From positions 205,594,001 through 205,658,000 of the forward strand of contig NC_086097.1 of assembly GCF_963921235.1 (NCBI RefSeq): a DNA stretch of 64,000 bases, read 5' to 3'. The notes under the pieces are model-generated. The model did not search any database and was not told the DNA's origin. It saw only the letters and a list, made by a program, of their open reading frames with translations. A program made the translations under genes and the position numbers. Positions 1 through 11,657 of this stretch are shown one piece after another; positions within the stretch are counted from its first letter, which is position 1; every line of letters starts with the position of its first letter. This DNA is from Mobula hypostoma (Eukaryota).

Positions 1-329
1 GCCTAGAAATGGTCGTTGAGGATGTTCAGAAGAAACAGAATTAATATTTCAAATTAATGAGAAATGTTGAAGTGTGTTATGGTGATGTTTTCAATGTATA
101 AAGAACTGGTGATGGAATTCTCTTTCATCCCATTTAATATTCTGATGAAATATCATTTGTCAGAAACATGAACTCTTCTTCTTTTCTCATGGATGCAACC
201 TTACTTGTATCTTCTTTCCTTTTTATTTTTCATTTCTATCTGCTGCTGCTAGGATAAAGTATTTTGCCATTTGGGTACAACTTTATGGAAGTGTTAAACG
301 TCGATTATGACATTATAGTGAATTACTGT

Positions 330-680
330 CAATGTTCTCTCTAATTTGTAATGACCAGTGTGCTCAAAGATCTTGTGCTATGTAATTTTTTTGCCCAGTG
401 ACAACAACATGTGCACACTGAATTTTATATATAGAGATACTCATTTTTACAAGCTAGCAAAACCCTGTTAACAGGAACCTAAGAACGTTTGCATACCGCC
501 CATATGTGATTTGCTTACTAAATAATGCTTTAAAAAGTCAAGTTTCCAAATATCACTCCACTTCTTCCCACTCGCAACTTCACCAATGAAATAGCTTTTG
601 TGCACGGTTTAAATTCCTTTGTGCACTAGCAGCAAAAGATGTGTATGTGCGCACATGCGCACACCTTAGAAGGAACATTG
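330..680. mobile_element. Non-autonomous hAT (Tip100-like) MITE
   Basis: TIRs CAATGTTCTCTCTAA ... TTAGAAGGAACATTG. 8-bp TSD ATTACTGT (322-329) / ATTACTGC (681-688) with one mismatch. Confidence 0.75.
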
Positions 681-1616
681 ATTACTGCTGATAGCATAGG
701 CGTTTCAAATATGAGGCAAAGAATATATCAGGTGGAGAAGATTAAAAAGGGAAAAATAAATTTTGATTAAGGCTTCCTCTGGGCTGCAGTAATTATGCTA
801 TTGGCTTTGTGTTGCATTTTACTACTTGAACATGCTGGATTCAATTCTGCTAAGATTCATTCAACATCATTCGTAGCCTTTTATTGTGACTCAGGAGTAT
901 ATGCTTTAATTATTTTTCTTCTTATGTGACTATTTGAACATTTGCTTGTATTAAGGTCACCTACTACTCTCAGACAACTTGGACCTATTATTTCACTCGG
1001 TGTCATTTCTGAGGTTGACTCCTCTAAACCAATAATTCCTTGTTAAGTATAATTTCCAAATTTGGCCATTTTGTGTTTCATTAAGTTGTTATCAACATAA
1101 ATTAGAAACAGTGTTGTCTAAGGTCACTTATCTCAGTACTTCAAAACAATTCAAAATAGTTGATTTATATTTTTCCATGAATTTGTTAACCTTCCTGACA
1201 TTTGCCTGAATTCTTCATCGCCTTTCACATGGCAATTTCTTTACCTCATATAGTCCCCATTACACCAACGCAAGGTTGCATTAACGTCTTCAGCTTTATA
1301 CCCAACAGAAATATTCTACTACTGTTCATCTGTGGGGCATCATACCCATAATTTAACACAAAGTAACTTATGGCGTCATGTCAAACGGACCTTTTATCAA
1401 TGACAGAACACAATTTCATTCCTATTTAGGCCTATTTTTGTTTTGTTCATAATTGTGCTGCAGAGTTAGATCTATTGCTTTACATGCATGAATCTGTCTT
1501 TGCCTTGCAGTAATTTACTATTACGTTCTCAATTAGCAAATTACATTGCAGTGAATTCATTGTTTTAATTCAAGTCATCAAATCACATCTTCAAAACTGC
1601 CACCGCAAACTCATAC

Positions 1617-1746
1617 CTCCCTTGTTGATTGCTTGACAAAAGTGAAGCATCCTTTGAATGCCTATCTCCCGGATAGCTGAATTCCACAGAACGTTTGTTG
1701 CGGAACCGTTGTGAAAGTGCATTAAAATGTCCTCTTGTTCTACAAT
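1617..1746 (-). CDS. PXDNL: Peroxidasin-like exon, 130 nt, linker with an RNKR proprotein-convertase-type site
   Basis: Acceptor TTTTTGCACAG|AT, donor GGGAG|GTATGA, phase 1/2. Encodes (D)CRTRGHFNALSQRFRNKRSVEFSYPGDRHSKDASLLSSNQQG(R/S), continuing the CCEDCR motif. Downstream VWC-domain exons were not found in the window. Confidence 0.9.
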
Positions 1747-1770
1747 CTGTGCAAAAAGATAATTTTAAAG

Positions 1771-1785
1771 CACACACACACACAC
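1771..1785. repeat. (CA)7 microsatellite just upstream of the 3' splice site of exon 1617..1746
   Basis: cacacacacacacac, read as (UG)n in the pre-mRNA about 25 nt before the acceptor AG. Confidence 0.85.
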
Positions 1786-2022
1786 GTGTTCATTCCTCCA
1801 TAAATAGAAGATTGTACGAGCTGCGCAATTTTACGTTTTTTTTTACTTTCAGTAATAACATATCTCTGCATTTATCTTTGATCTTTCTAAAAATTCTAAA
1901 TTATTCATTACTAGTGTTGTTCAAAGATCAGTTCACGCTGGTCTATTCCAAGTATATCTGTTTCATAATGAAGAAAATGTGAAATCAAATTGTAAAACAT
2001 ATTACTGTTCAGCCACAAAATG

Positions 2023-3800
2023 AGACATTATGACCATAAAACATCGGAGCAGAATTAGGCCATTCAGCCCATTGTGGCTGCTCCACCATTCCATCATGGC
2101 TGATCCCAGATCTCACTCAACCCCATACGCCTACCTCCTCGCCATATCCTTTGATGCCCTGATCAGGAAACTATCAACTTCCGACTTAAGTGTACCTACG
2201 GATTTGGCCCCCACCACAGTCTGTGGCAGAGCATTCCACAGATTTATTACTCTCTGGCTAAAAAAAATTCCTCCTTACCTCTGTTCTAAAGAATCTCCCC
2301 TCAATTTTGAAGCAATGCCCTCTAGCTCCGGATACCCCCACCAGAGGAGACATTCTTTCCAAATCCGCCCTATCTAGTCCTTTCAACATCTGGTAGGATT
2401 CAATGAGATTCCCTCCGCCCCCCACCCCCACCAACCCGCGTTCTTCAAAATTCCAGTGAGTACAGGTCCAAGTCTGCCAAACGCTCCTCATATGTTAACC
2501 CCTTCATTCCTGGAATCATCCGTGTGAAAATTCTCTGAACTCTCTCCAATGACAACACATCATCAGGGCCTGTACTGTGCTGTACTATTCTACTATTCTA
2601 TATTCTATGTTTACCACAGACTCAACCTGTAAATTAACCTTAGGGAAATCTTGCACAAGGACTTCCAAGTCCCTCTGTACCTCTGAGGTTTGAACCTTCT
2701 CCCCATGTAGGTAATAATCCACACTATTGTCCTTTTACGAAAATACATTATCATACATTTCCCAACACTGTATTCCATCTGTCAGTTTTCTTCCCATTGT
2801 TCCAATTTGTCTAAGTCCTGCTGCAGTTACATTGGTTCCTCAGCACTACCTACCCCTCCACCTGTCTTTGTATCATCCACAAACCCATCAATTCCATTAT
2901 GGAAATCATTGACAAACAATTCGAAAAGTAGCGGTCCCAAACTGACCCCTGAGGAACATCACTTGTCACTGGCAGCCATCCAAACAAGGCCCCCATTATT
3001 CCTATTCGCCACTTTCTGTCAATGCTGCCATTCCATTATCCATGCCCATAGCTTTCCTGTAACACCATAGGATTTTATCTTGTTAAGCAGCCTCATGTGT
3101 GGCACCTTATCAAATACCTTCTGAAAATCCAAGTAAATGACAGCCACTGTCTCTCCTTTGTTCACCCCGCTTGTTACTTCCTTGAAAAATACTAAAAGAT
3201 CTATCAGGCAAGATTTCCCTTTACAGAAATCATGTTGACTTTGACTTATTTTGTCATTAGTCTCCAAGTACCTGGAAACCACATCCCAAATAATAGGCTC
3301 CAACATTTTCCTAACCACAGAGGTTAGGCTAACTAGCCTATAATTTCCTTTCTTTTGCCTTTGTCCTGTCTTAAAAAGTGGAGTGACATTTGCAATCTTC
3401 CAGTCCTCTGTGACCATGCCAGATTCTTGAAAAATCATGACCAATGCATCTAATATCTCTTCGCTGACCTCTCTCAGGACTCTATGATGTAGTCCATCTG
3501 GCCCAGGTGACTTATCCACATTAAGACCTTTGAGTTTGCCTTACACATTTTCCTTTGTAAAAGCAATGGCACTCACTGCTGCTCCCTGACACGCACAGAC
3601 ATCTGGCACTTTGCAAGTGTCTTCCACAGTGAAGACACATGCAAAGTACCCATTAAGTTCATCTGCAATTTCTTTGTCCCCCATTACTACCTCACCAGCA
3701 TCATTTTCTAGTGGTCCAATATCAACTCTCATGTCCCTTTTGCTTTTTCACATAATTGAAAAAAACTTTTGGTATCCTGCTTTATGCTATTGGCTAGTTT
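2023..3800 (-). mobile_element. Decayed CR1 LINE, 3' part of an outer element that resumes at 7045
   Basis: RT motifs KSPGPDG, GNYRLVSLTS, YLDFQKVFDKVPH in ORFs 3019..3519 and 3541..3732. CR1-type 3' end near 2023. Confidence 0.85.
2563..2612 (+). mobile_element. ~50-bp CR1 3'-tail insertion replacing part of the host CR1
   Basis: GGGCCTGTACTGTGCTGTACTATTCTA...TTCTATGTT matches the 3' end of the 3801..7044 family in the opposite orientation. Confidence 0.7.
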
Positions 3801-6800
3801 AATAGAACATAGAACATAGAATAGTACAGCACAGTACAGGCCCTTCCGCCCACAATATTGTGCCGACCCTCAAACCCTGCCTCCCATATAAGCCCGCACC
3901 TTAAATTCCTCCATATACCTGTCTAGTAGTCTCTTAAACTTCACTAGTGTATCTGCCTCCACCACTGACTCAGGCAGTGCATTCCACGCACCAACCACTC
4001 TCTGAGTAAAAAACCTTCCTCTAATATCCCCCTTGAACTTCCCACCCCTTACCTTAAAGTCATGTCCTCTTGTATTGAGCAGTGGTGCCCTGGGGAAGAG
4101 GTGCTGGCTATCCACTCTATCTATTCCTCTTATCATCTTGTACACCTCTATCATGTCTCCTCTCATCCTCCTTCTCTCCAAAGAGTAAAGCCCTAGCTCC
4201 CTTAATCTCTGATCATAATGCATACTCTCTAAACTAAGCAGCATCCTGGTAAATCTCCTCTGTACCCTTTCCAATGGTTCCACATCCTTCCTATAGTGAG
4301 GCGACCAGAACTGGACACAGTACTCCAAGTGTGGCCTAACCAGAGTTTTATAGAGCTGCATCATTACATCGCGACTCTTAAACTCTATTCCTCGACTTAT
4401 GAAAGCTAACACCCCATAAGCTTTCTTAACTACCCTATCCACCTGTGAGGCAACTTTCAGGGATCTGTGGACATGTACCCCCAGATCCCTCTGTTTCTCT
4501 ACACTACCAAGTATCCTGCCATTTACTTTGTACTTTGCCTTGGAGTTTGTCCTTCCAAAGTGTACCACCTCACATTTCTCCGATTGAACTCCATCTGCCA
4601 CTTCTCAGCCCACTCCTGCATCCTATCAATGTCTCTCTGCAATCTTTGACAATCCTCTGCACTATCTACAACACCACCAACCTTTGTGTCGTCTGCAAAC
4701 TTGCCAACCCACCCTTCTACCCCCACATCCAGGTCATTAATAAAAAATCACATAAAGTAGAGGTCCCAGAACAGATCCTTGTGGGACACCACTAGTCACA
4801 ATCCTCCAATGTGAATGTACTCCCTCCACCACCACGCTCTGCCTTCTGCAGGCAAGCCAATTCTGAATCCACCTGGCCAAACTTCCCTGGATCCCATGCC
4901 TTCTGACTTTCTGGATAAGCCTACCGTGTGGAACCTTGTCAAATGCCTTACTAAAATCCATATAGATCACATCCACTGCACTACCCTCATCTATATGCCT
5001 GGTCACCTCCTCAAAGAACTCTATCAGGCTTGTTAGACATGATCTGCCCTTCACAAAGCCATGCTGACTGTCCCTGATCAGACCGTGATTCTCTAAATCC
5101 CCAGAGATCCTATCTCAAAGAATCTTTTCCAACAGCTTTCCCACCACAGACGTAAGGCTCACTGGTCTATAATTACCTATCCCTACTACCTTTTTTGAAC
5201 AAGGGGACAACATTCGCCTCCCTCCAATCCTCTGGTACCATTCCTGTGGACAACGAGGACATGAACATCCTAGCCAGAGGCTCAGCAATCTCTTCTCTTG
5301 CCTCGTGGAGCAGCCTGAGGAATATTCCATCAGGCCCCGGAGACTTATCCATCCTAATGTATTTTAACAACTCTAACACCCCCTCTCCCTTAATATCAAC
5401 ATACTCCAGAACATCACCCTCACTCATATTGTCCTCACCGTCATCAAGTTCCCTCTCATTGATGAATACCGAAGAGAAGTATTCATTGAGGACCTCGCTC
5501 ACTTCCACAGCCACACTGGCACATCTTCCCACCTTTATCTCTATTCGGTCCTACCTTCACTCCTGTCATCCTTTTTTTCTTCACATAATTGAAGAATGCC
5601 TTGGGGTTTTCCTTTACCCTACTCACCAAGGCCTTCTCATGCCCCCTTCTTGCTCTTCTCAGCCCCTTCTTAAGCTCCTTTCTTGCTTCCTTATATTCCT
5701 CAATAGACTCATCTGATCCTTGCTTCCTAAACCTCATGTATACTGCCTTCTTCCACCTGACTAGATTTTCCACCTCACTTGTCACCCATGGTTCCTTCAC
5801 CCTACCATTCTTTATCTTCCTCACCTGGACAAATTTATCCCTAACGTCGTGCAAGAGATCTCTAAACATCGACCACATGTCCATAGTACATTTCCCTGCA
5901 AAAACATCATCCCAATTCACACCTGCAAGTTTTAGCCTTATAGCCTCATAATTTGCCTTTCCCCAATTAAAAATTTTCCTGTCCTCTCTGATTCTATCCT
6001 TTTCCATGATAATGCCAAAGGCCAGGGAGCGGTGGTCACTGTCCCCCAGATGCTCACCCACTGAGAGATCTGTGACCTGACCCGGTTCATTACCTAGTAC
6101 TAGATCTAGTATGGCATTCCCCCTAGTCGGCCTGTCTACATACTGGGACAGGAATCCATCCTGGATACACTTAACAAACTCTGCCCCATCTAAACCCTTG
6201 GAACTAATCAGGTGCCAAACAATATTAGGGAAGTTAAAGTCACCCATGATAACAACCCTGTTATTTTTGCACCTTTCCAAAATCTATCTCCCAATCTGCT
6301 CCTCTGTATCTCTGCTGCTACCAAGGGGCTTATGGAATACCCCCAATAGAGTAACTGCTCCCTTCCTGTTCCTGACTTCCACCCATACTGACTCGAAAGA
6401 GGAACCTGCTACATTACCCACCCTTTCTGTAGCTGTAATAGTATTCATGATTAGTAATGCCACCCCTCTTCCCCTTTTTCCACCCTCTCTATCCCTTTTA
6501 AAGCACTGAAATCCAGGAATTTGAGAATCCATTCCTGCCCTGGTGCCAGACAAGTCTCGGTAATGGCCACTACATCATAATTCCATGTATGTATCCAAGC
6601 TCTCAGTTCATCACCTTTGTTCCTGATGCTTCTTGCACTGAGGTACCAACACTTCAGCCCTTCTACCTTACTGCCTTTACACTGTCTATTCTGCTTCTCT
6701 TTCCTCAAAGCCTCTCTATATGTTAGATCTGTCTTTACTCCATGCACTTCTTTCACTGCTCTATTGCTCTGGGTCCCATCCCCCTCGCAAATTAGTTTAA

Positions 6801-7044
6801 ACCCTCCTGAACCATGCTAGCAAACCTACCTGCAAGGATATTGCTCCCCCTTGAGTTCAGGTGCAACTCATCCAATTTGTACAGGTCCCACCTTCCCCAG
6901 AAGAGATCCCAATGATTCAAAAATCTAAAATCCTGCTCCCTGCACCAACTCCTCAGCCACGCATTCAACTGCCACCTCCTCCAATTCTTACCATCACTGT
7001 CATGTAGCACTGGCGGCAATCCTGAGAATGCCACCCTTGAGGTC
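3801..7044 (-). mobile_element. Younger CR1 LINE nested in the outer CR1: ORF1 esterase C-terminus plus frameshifted ORF2 (APE endonuclease and RT)
   Basis: ORF pieces WGRWDLYKLDELHLN (SGNH esterase-like), GDFNFPNI and SDH (endonuclease), [28 protein letters not shown]. (TTCTATG)n tail at 3801-3822. Confidence 0.92.
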
Positions 7045-8010
7045 CATCTTTTCCCTTCTTACAGCTTTTTAGTTGCCATTTGTTGGATTTTAAAAGCTTC
7101 CCAATCATTCAACTTCCCACTCACTTCTGTTACATTATATGCCCTTTCCTTGGCTTTTATGCAGTGCTTAACTCCATTGTCAGCCACGGTTGCCTACCCC
7201 TGCCATTTGAGAACTTCTTCCTTTGTGGCACATATCAGTCCTACGCCTTGTGAACTATTCCTAGAAACCTCAGCCATTTCTGCTCTGCTGTCATCCCCGC
7301 CAATACCCTCCTCCAATCCACCAGGGCAAGCTCCTCTCTCATGCCTCTGTAATTCCCTGTATTCCATTGTGATCCTGATAAATGCTCGTTATGCTTCTCC
7401 CCTTCAAATTGCAATATGAATTAAATCATGTTATGATCACTGCCTCCTAAGGGTTCCTTTACATTAAGCTCCCTAATAAGATCAGGATTATTACATAACA
7501 TCCACTATAAGATAGCCTTTCCTTGAGTATACTCAAGCACAAGCTGCTCTAAAAAGCCATCTTGTAGGCATTCAACAAATTCCCTCTTGTGATCCGACAC
7601 CAACCTGATTTTCCCAATCCCTTAAATACTGCACCTGCAGTTCTGCATTCTTCACCCTTTTGAATTTTGCCTCTGTGGTACAACTTAACCCTTTGCTCTG
7701 TCTGCAATTGTACCTGATCATCAGCTTGTCCTTCCTTACATTCATGTTACACCTGTCATCTACTTGTAAACCTGCTGGCTCATCCTCAGCTGTATCATCC
7801 TGGTTCTCTTCCCCCTGCCATCTTAGTTTAAACCACTCCCAACAGCTCTAGTAAACCTGCCCACAAGAATATTGTAACCCCTCATATTCAAGTGCAATCC
7901 CTCCCCCTCTTGTACAGGTCACACATGCCCCAGAAGAGGTCCCAATTATCCAGAAACCTGAATCCATGCCTCCTGCTCCAATTCTTCAGTCAGGCATTTA
8001 GCTGCCACCT
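7045..8010 (-). mobile_element. Continuation of the outer CR1 (internally deleted endonuclease region and ORF1 end)
   Basis: Resumes with CATCTTTTCCC in register with 3800 when compared with the related copy at 34940-34980. Confidence 0.75.
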
Positions 8011-9324
8011 CAAAGAACATGGCTTCCCTTTGCACAGCGGAGACAGGAACTACCTCACATATGGAGACAAGGACGTAATTGGAGGATGTGAATACCAACC
8101 AAAGGACAATTACTTTATTAACTGGTTGTTAGTTTGTAGTTTCTATTGACATGTCAACTCTGTATAAAAATGGCATTTCTCTGCTCAGACTTCAGAACAG
8201 TATGGTGACAGGGATCAAGTTTGTCTCCCTGTACACAATTAAATAAATTATGACTGAGGAGTGAGTACAAGTTTCAGTTAATCGGTAAGAAGAATAGAAG
8301 CCAATGGGTGCACCTACATGAACACAAGTGCATCCACAGCTGAAGTCTGTCAAAAGTGTGAAGTGTCAGCGTATCATGACTTCGGGCAATATGCAACAAT
8401 AAATTGCTTCTAATTTGGAGCACCGCACTTCTGCTAATGCCCTCTTTTAATCTCTTGGCTGAATATCTATTCAATATCAGGATGTGCCTCTAACCAACAC
8501 TATTTAAAGATGTCAAATCCTTACATGAGAACTGATGTCGATGGACCTTTACTATGAATCTATAAGGAACTGATGCCTTTCATAGGTTAAAATAATTGAA
8601 ACCATCAGGTAATGATATGATAGCTGTTAACAGAGTTTATCTGTGCACCAGGGCTTCAGTTCTGAAGTACAACACAGGATACTCCCAGGCATGGGTGGAC
8701 TCATGGTATTCACTGGAATTACAACCTGACTAACAACAAGCCCAACAGGAAAATTTGCTAGTAGAGCGAGGGAGCAAATGTAGAAGGAATTTCTGCAAGC
8801 GGCTATAACTGCCTATGGTGCACAGAGTATAATTATCACACCCAAATCTTGTTGAGGAACAATTATCTGTATTGCATCAGATGGATGTGAATTATTCATA
8901 CATTGCAATTCCTGCACTTCTTGTGGAGTCTGTGAGTTGAATGACATTAGAGATTGTATGACTGCAGCTTTGCTCTGAATACTACAACAAGTAAACACCA
9001 ACATGCACACATTTTCTCCATTGGCGGAAAATTGAGACAGTCAGCTGTATACCTACCTGATGTCAGCAACATTGACCAGAGGGAAACCCATTGATTTGGT
9101 TTATTCACTTCCAGTTGAAGGCAAGAATTGGCAGGATACTGCCTTTGGGTTGCTGCAAAGTAGGCTCAGAATATCTTGATGAAGCATGGAATTTGGGACC
9201 TCAGTGTTGAACTTATTCTAATTGCATTTAATTTTTAAGTATTTTAAGTACATGAAGTTTTTGTCCATAAGAGTTCCGCTAATGACTACAACTGTGATGT
9301 GTTTACTCCACTCACTTTCACTAT

Positions 9325-10568
9325 GACAGTAATGTTAGAAAGTTTATCATGTGATATCAGTAAAGTTCAAAAGTGTGCTGTATGATATCGGTAATGTTGG
9401 AAATTGTGCCGTGTGATATTGGTAACGATGGAAAGTGTGCTGTGTTGTATCAGTAACAATAGAAAGTGTGGCCTGTGATATCAGTAACGATGGAAAATGT
9501 GGTGTGTGATATCAGTAACAATAGAAAGTGTGGCGTGTGATATTGGTAATGTTGGAAATTGTGCCATGTGATATCCGTAATGATAGAAAGTGTGCCGTGA
9601 GATATCGCTAACGGTGGAAAGTATGCCATGAGATATGGCTAACGGTGGAAAGTGTGCCGTGCGATATCAGTAACGATAGAAAGTGTGGCGTGGGATATCG
9701 GTAATGGTGGAAAGTGTGCCTTGCGATATCAGTAATGGTGGAACATGCACTGTGCGATTTTGGTAGTGATAGAAAGTGTGCTGTGCGATATCGGTAACAT
9801 TGGACAGTGTGCTGTGTGATATCGGTAACGGTGGAAAGTGTGCTGTGCGATATCAGTAACGGTGGAAAGTGTGCTGTGCGATATCAGTAACGGTGGAAAG
9901 TGTGCTGTGCGATATCGGTAGCGGTGGAATGTGTGGCGTGCGATATCGGTAACATTGGACAGTGTGCTGTGTGATATCGGTAACGGTGGAAAGTGTGCTG
10001 TGCGATATCGGTAGCGGTGGAATGTGTGGCGTGCGATATCGGTAACATTGGACAGTGTGCTGTGTGATATCGGTAACGGTGGAAAGTGTGCTGTGCGATA
10101 TCAGTAGCGGTGGAATGTGTGGCGTGCGATATCGGTAACATTGGACAGTGTGCTGTGCGATATCAGTAACGGTGGAACGTGCACTGTGCGATTTTGGTAG
10201 TGATAGAAAGTGTGCTGTGCGATATCGGTAACGTTGAACTGTGTGCTGTGCGATATCGGTAACGGTGGAATGTGTGGCGTGCGATATCGGTAACGTTGGA
10301 CAGTGTGCTGTGCGATATCGGTAACGGTGGAAAGTGTGCCGTGCGATATCAGTAATGGTGGAAAGTGTGCCGTGTGATATCGGTAACGGTGGAATGTATG
10401 GTGTGTGATATCGGTAACGGTGGAATGTATGGTGTGTGATATCGGTAACAGTGGGAAGTGTGGCATGTGATATCAGTAATGTCCAAAAGTCTGCCACGTG
10501 ATATCAGTAACATTAGAAAGCGTGTCATGTGATATCAGTAACATTAGAAAGTGTGTCATGTGATATCA
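9325..10568. repeat. 31-bp minisatellite, about 40 units
   Basis: Consensus GATATCGGTAACGGTGGAAAGTGTGCTGTGC. The centre is homogeneous and the edges are degenerate. Confidence 0.95.
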
Positions 10569-11375
10569 TTCTAAAGTTACTTTTGCTGTACATTGTAGTT
10601 GTTTCTAACTACCATTATTAACTACCGTTCTATATTAGAATGGATTCCTTTATAGAGGGCATATAAAATTCTTTTAGGTTGTATTCTTCTTTCTTTACAT
10701 AGCCCATTATTATTCCCCATTGACCTGTACCATCATCACATTTTTCATTTAATCTTGTTTGCCTTCCACGTCATCAGAGGTCTTCCCTTCTTCCCATTCC
10801 ATTCCCAATTTCCTATTTGCTTTAAACTTGGTACATTTCCAACATCTCCCAATTCTGATGAAAGGTTATCTGTCTAGTGTGTCAGCTCTGGTTCTTTTTC
10901 AGTTGATGATGCCTTACTATTGAAAATTCCCTGTAATTTCTGGCCTGATTTTAATTAATTATAATAAAGATAAATTGTGCATTCACTTAATTTCTAACCA
11001 GTTGGAATAAAAATATTATTATTTGATACTGTAATCTCCATCAATGCAATGCACACAAGAGAGAAAGCAATATAAGAAAACAAGAACACGAACTGAATTC
11101 AACAAGACAAACAGCTGCAGACAGACATGAATGTTAGTGAAAAAGCCTTGAGTTGCTGTTGACTTTAAACTTAGCCAATTTATTGTTAATTTGTCTGAAA
11201 TGCCATGCCATAATTGGCTCTCTTGCAATGTAATGAACAGAATTAGAGTAATCTAAATGCCATTTATTTTTAATAAAAGGCTCAACATCATCAATTTCTG
11301 AATTTACTCTGAAGATCGCTCTAAGTGCTTGGCATTAGCCTGATGTTTCTGAGTTCTACACATAAAACTTTTAAT

Positions 11376-11657
11376 ATTTATTTAGTGATACAGCATGGAG
11401 TAGGACCTTTCGGCCCCACCAGCCTCACTGCCCAGCAATCCCCGACAAACTAGATTAACCCTAACCTAATCACGGGACAATTTACAATGATTAATTAACC
11501 TAGTATCTTTGGACTGTAGAAAGCAACTGGAAGACCCGGAGCAATCGCATGCATTCCACGGGGAGGAAATTCAGAGACTCCTTACAGAATAGCACAGGGA
11601 ATCGAAATGTCCTGAGCTGTAATAGCATCGCATGAACTGCTACGCTACCGTTGTGCC
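11376..11657 (-). mobile_element. tRNA-derived V-SINE (HE1-like)
   Basis: Minus strand shows a GGCACAACGGTAGCGTAGCAG head, a V-domain-like core CTCCGGGTCTTCCAGTTGCTTTC...GGTTAATT...TGTAAATTGTCCCGTG, and a TAAA-rich tail. Confidence 0.75.

Noticed and set aside
1..1616. Next peroxidasin exon (coiled-coil/VWC region)
   Set aside because: No phase-2 exon with matching peptide found by eye. It probably lies beyond the window start.
9325..10568. CRISPR array, or a His/Thr-rich protein from ORFs 9853..10497, 9884..10141 and 10101..10466
   Set aside because: Units are head-to-tail with no unique spacers and the context is a vertebrate intron. The ORFs are open only because the repeat lacks stops on the minus strand.
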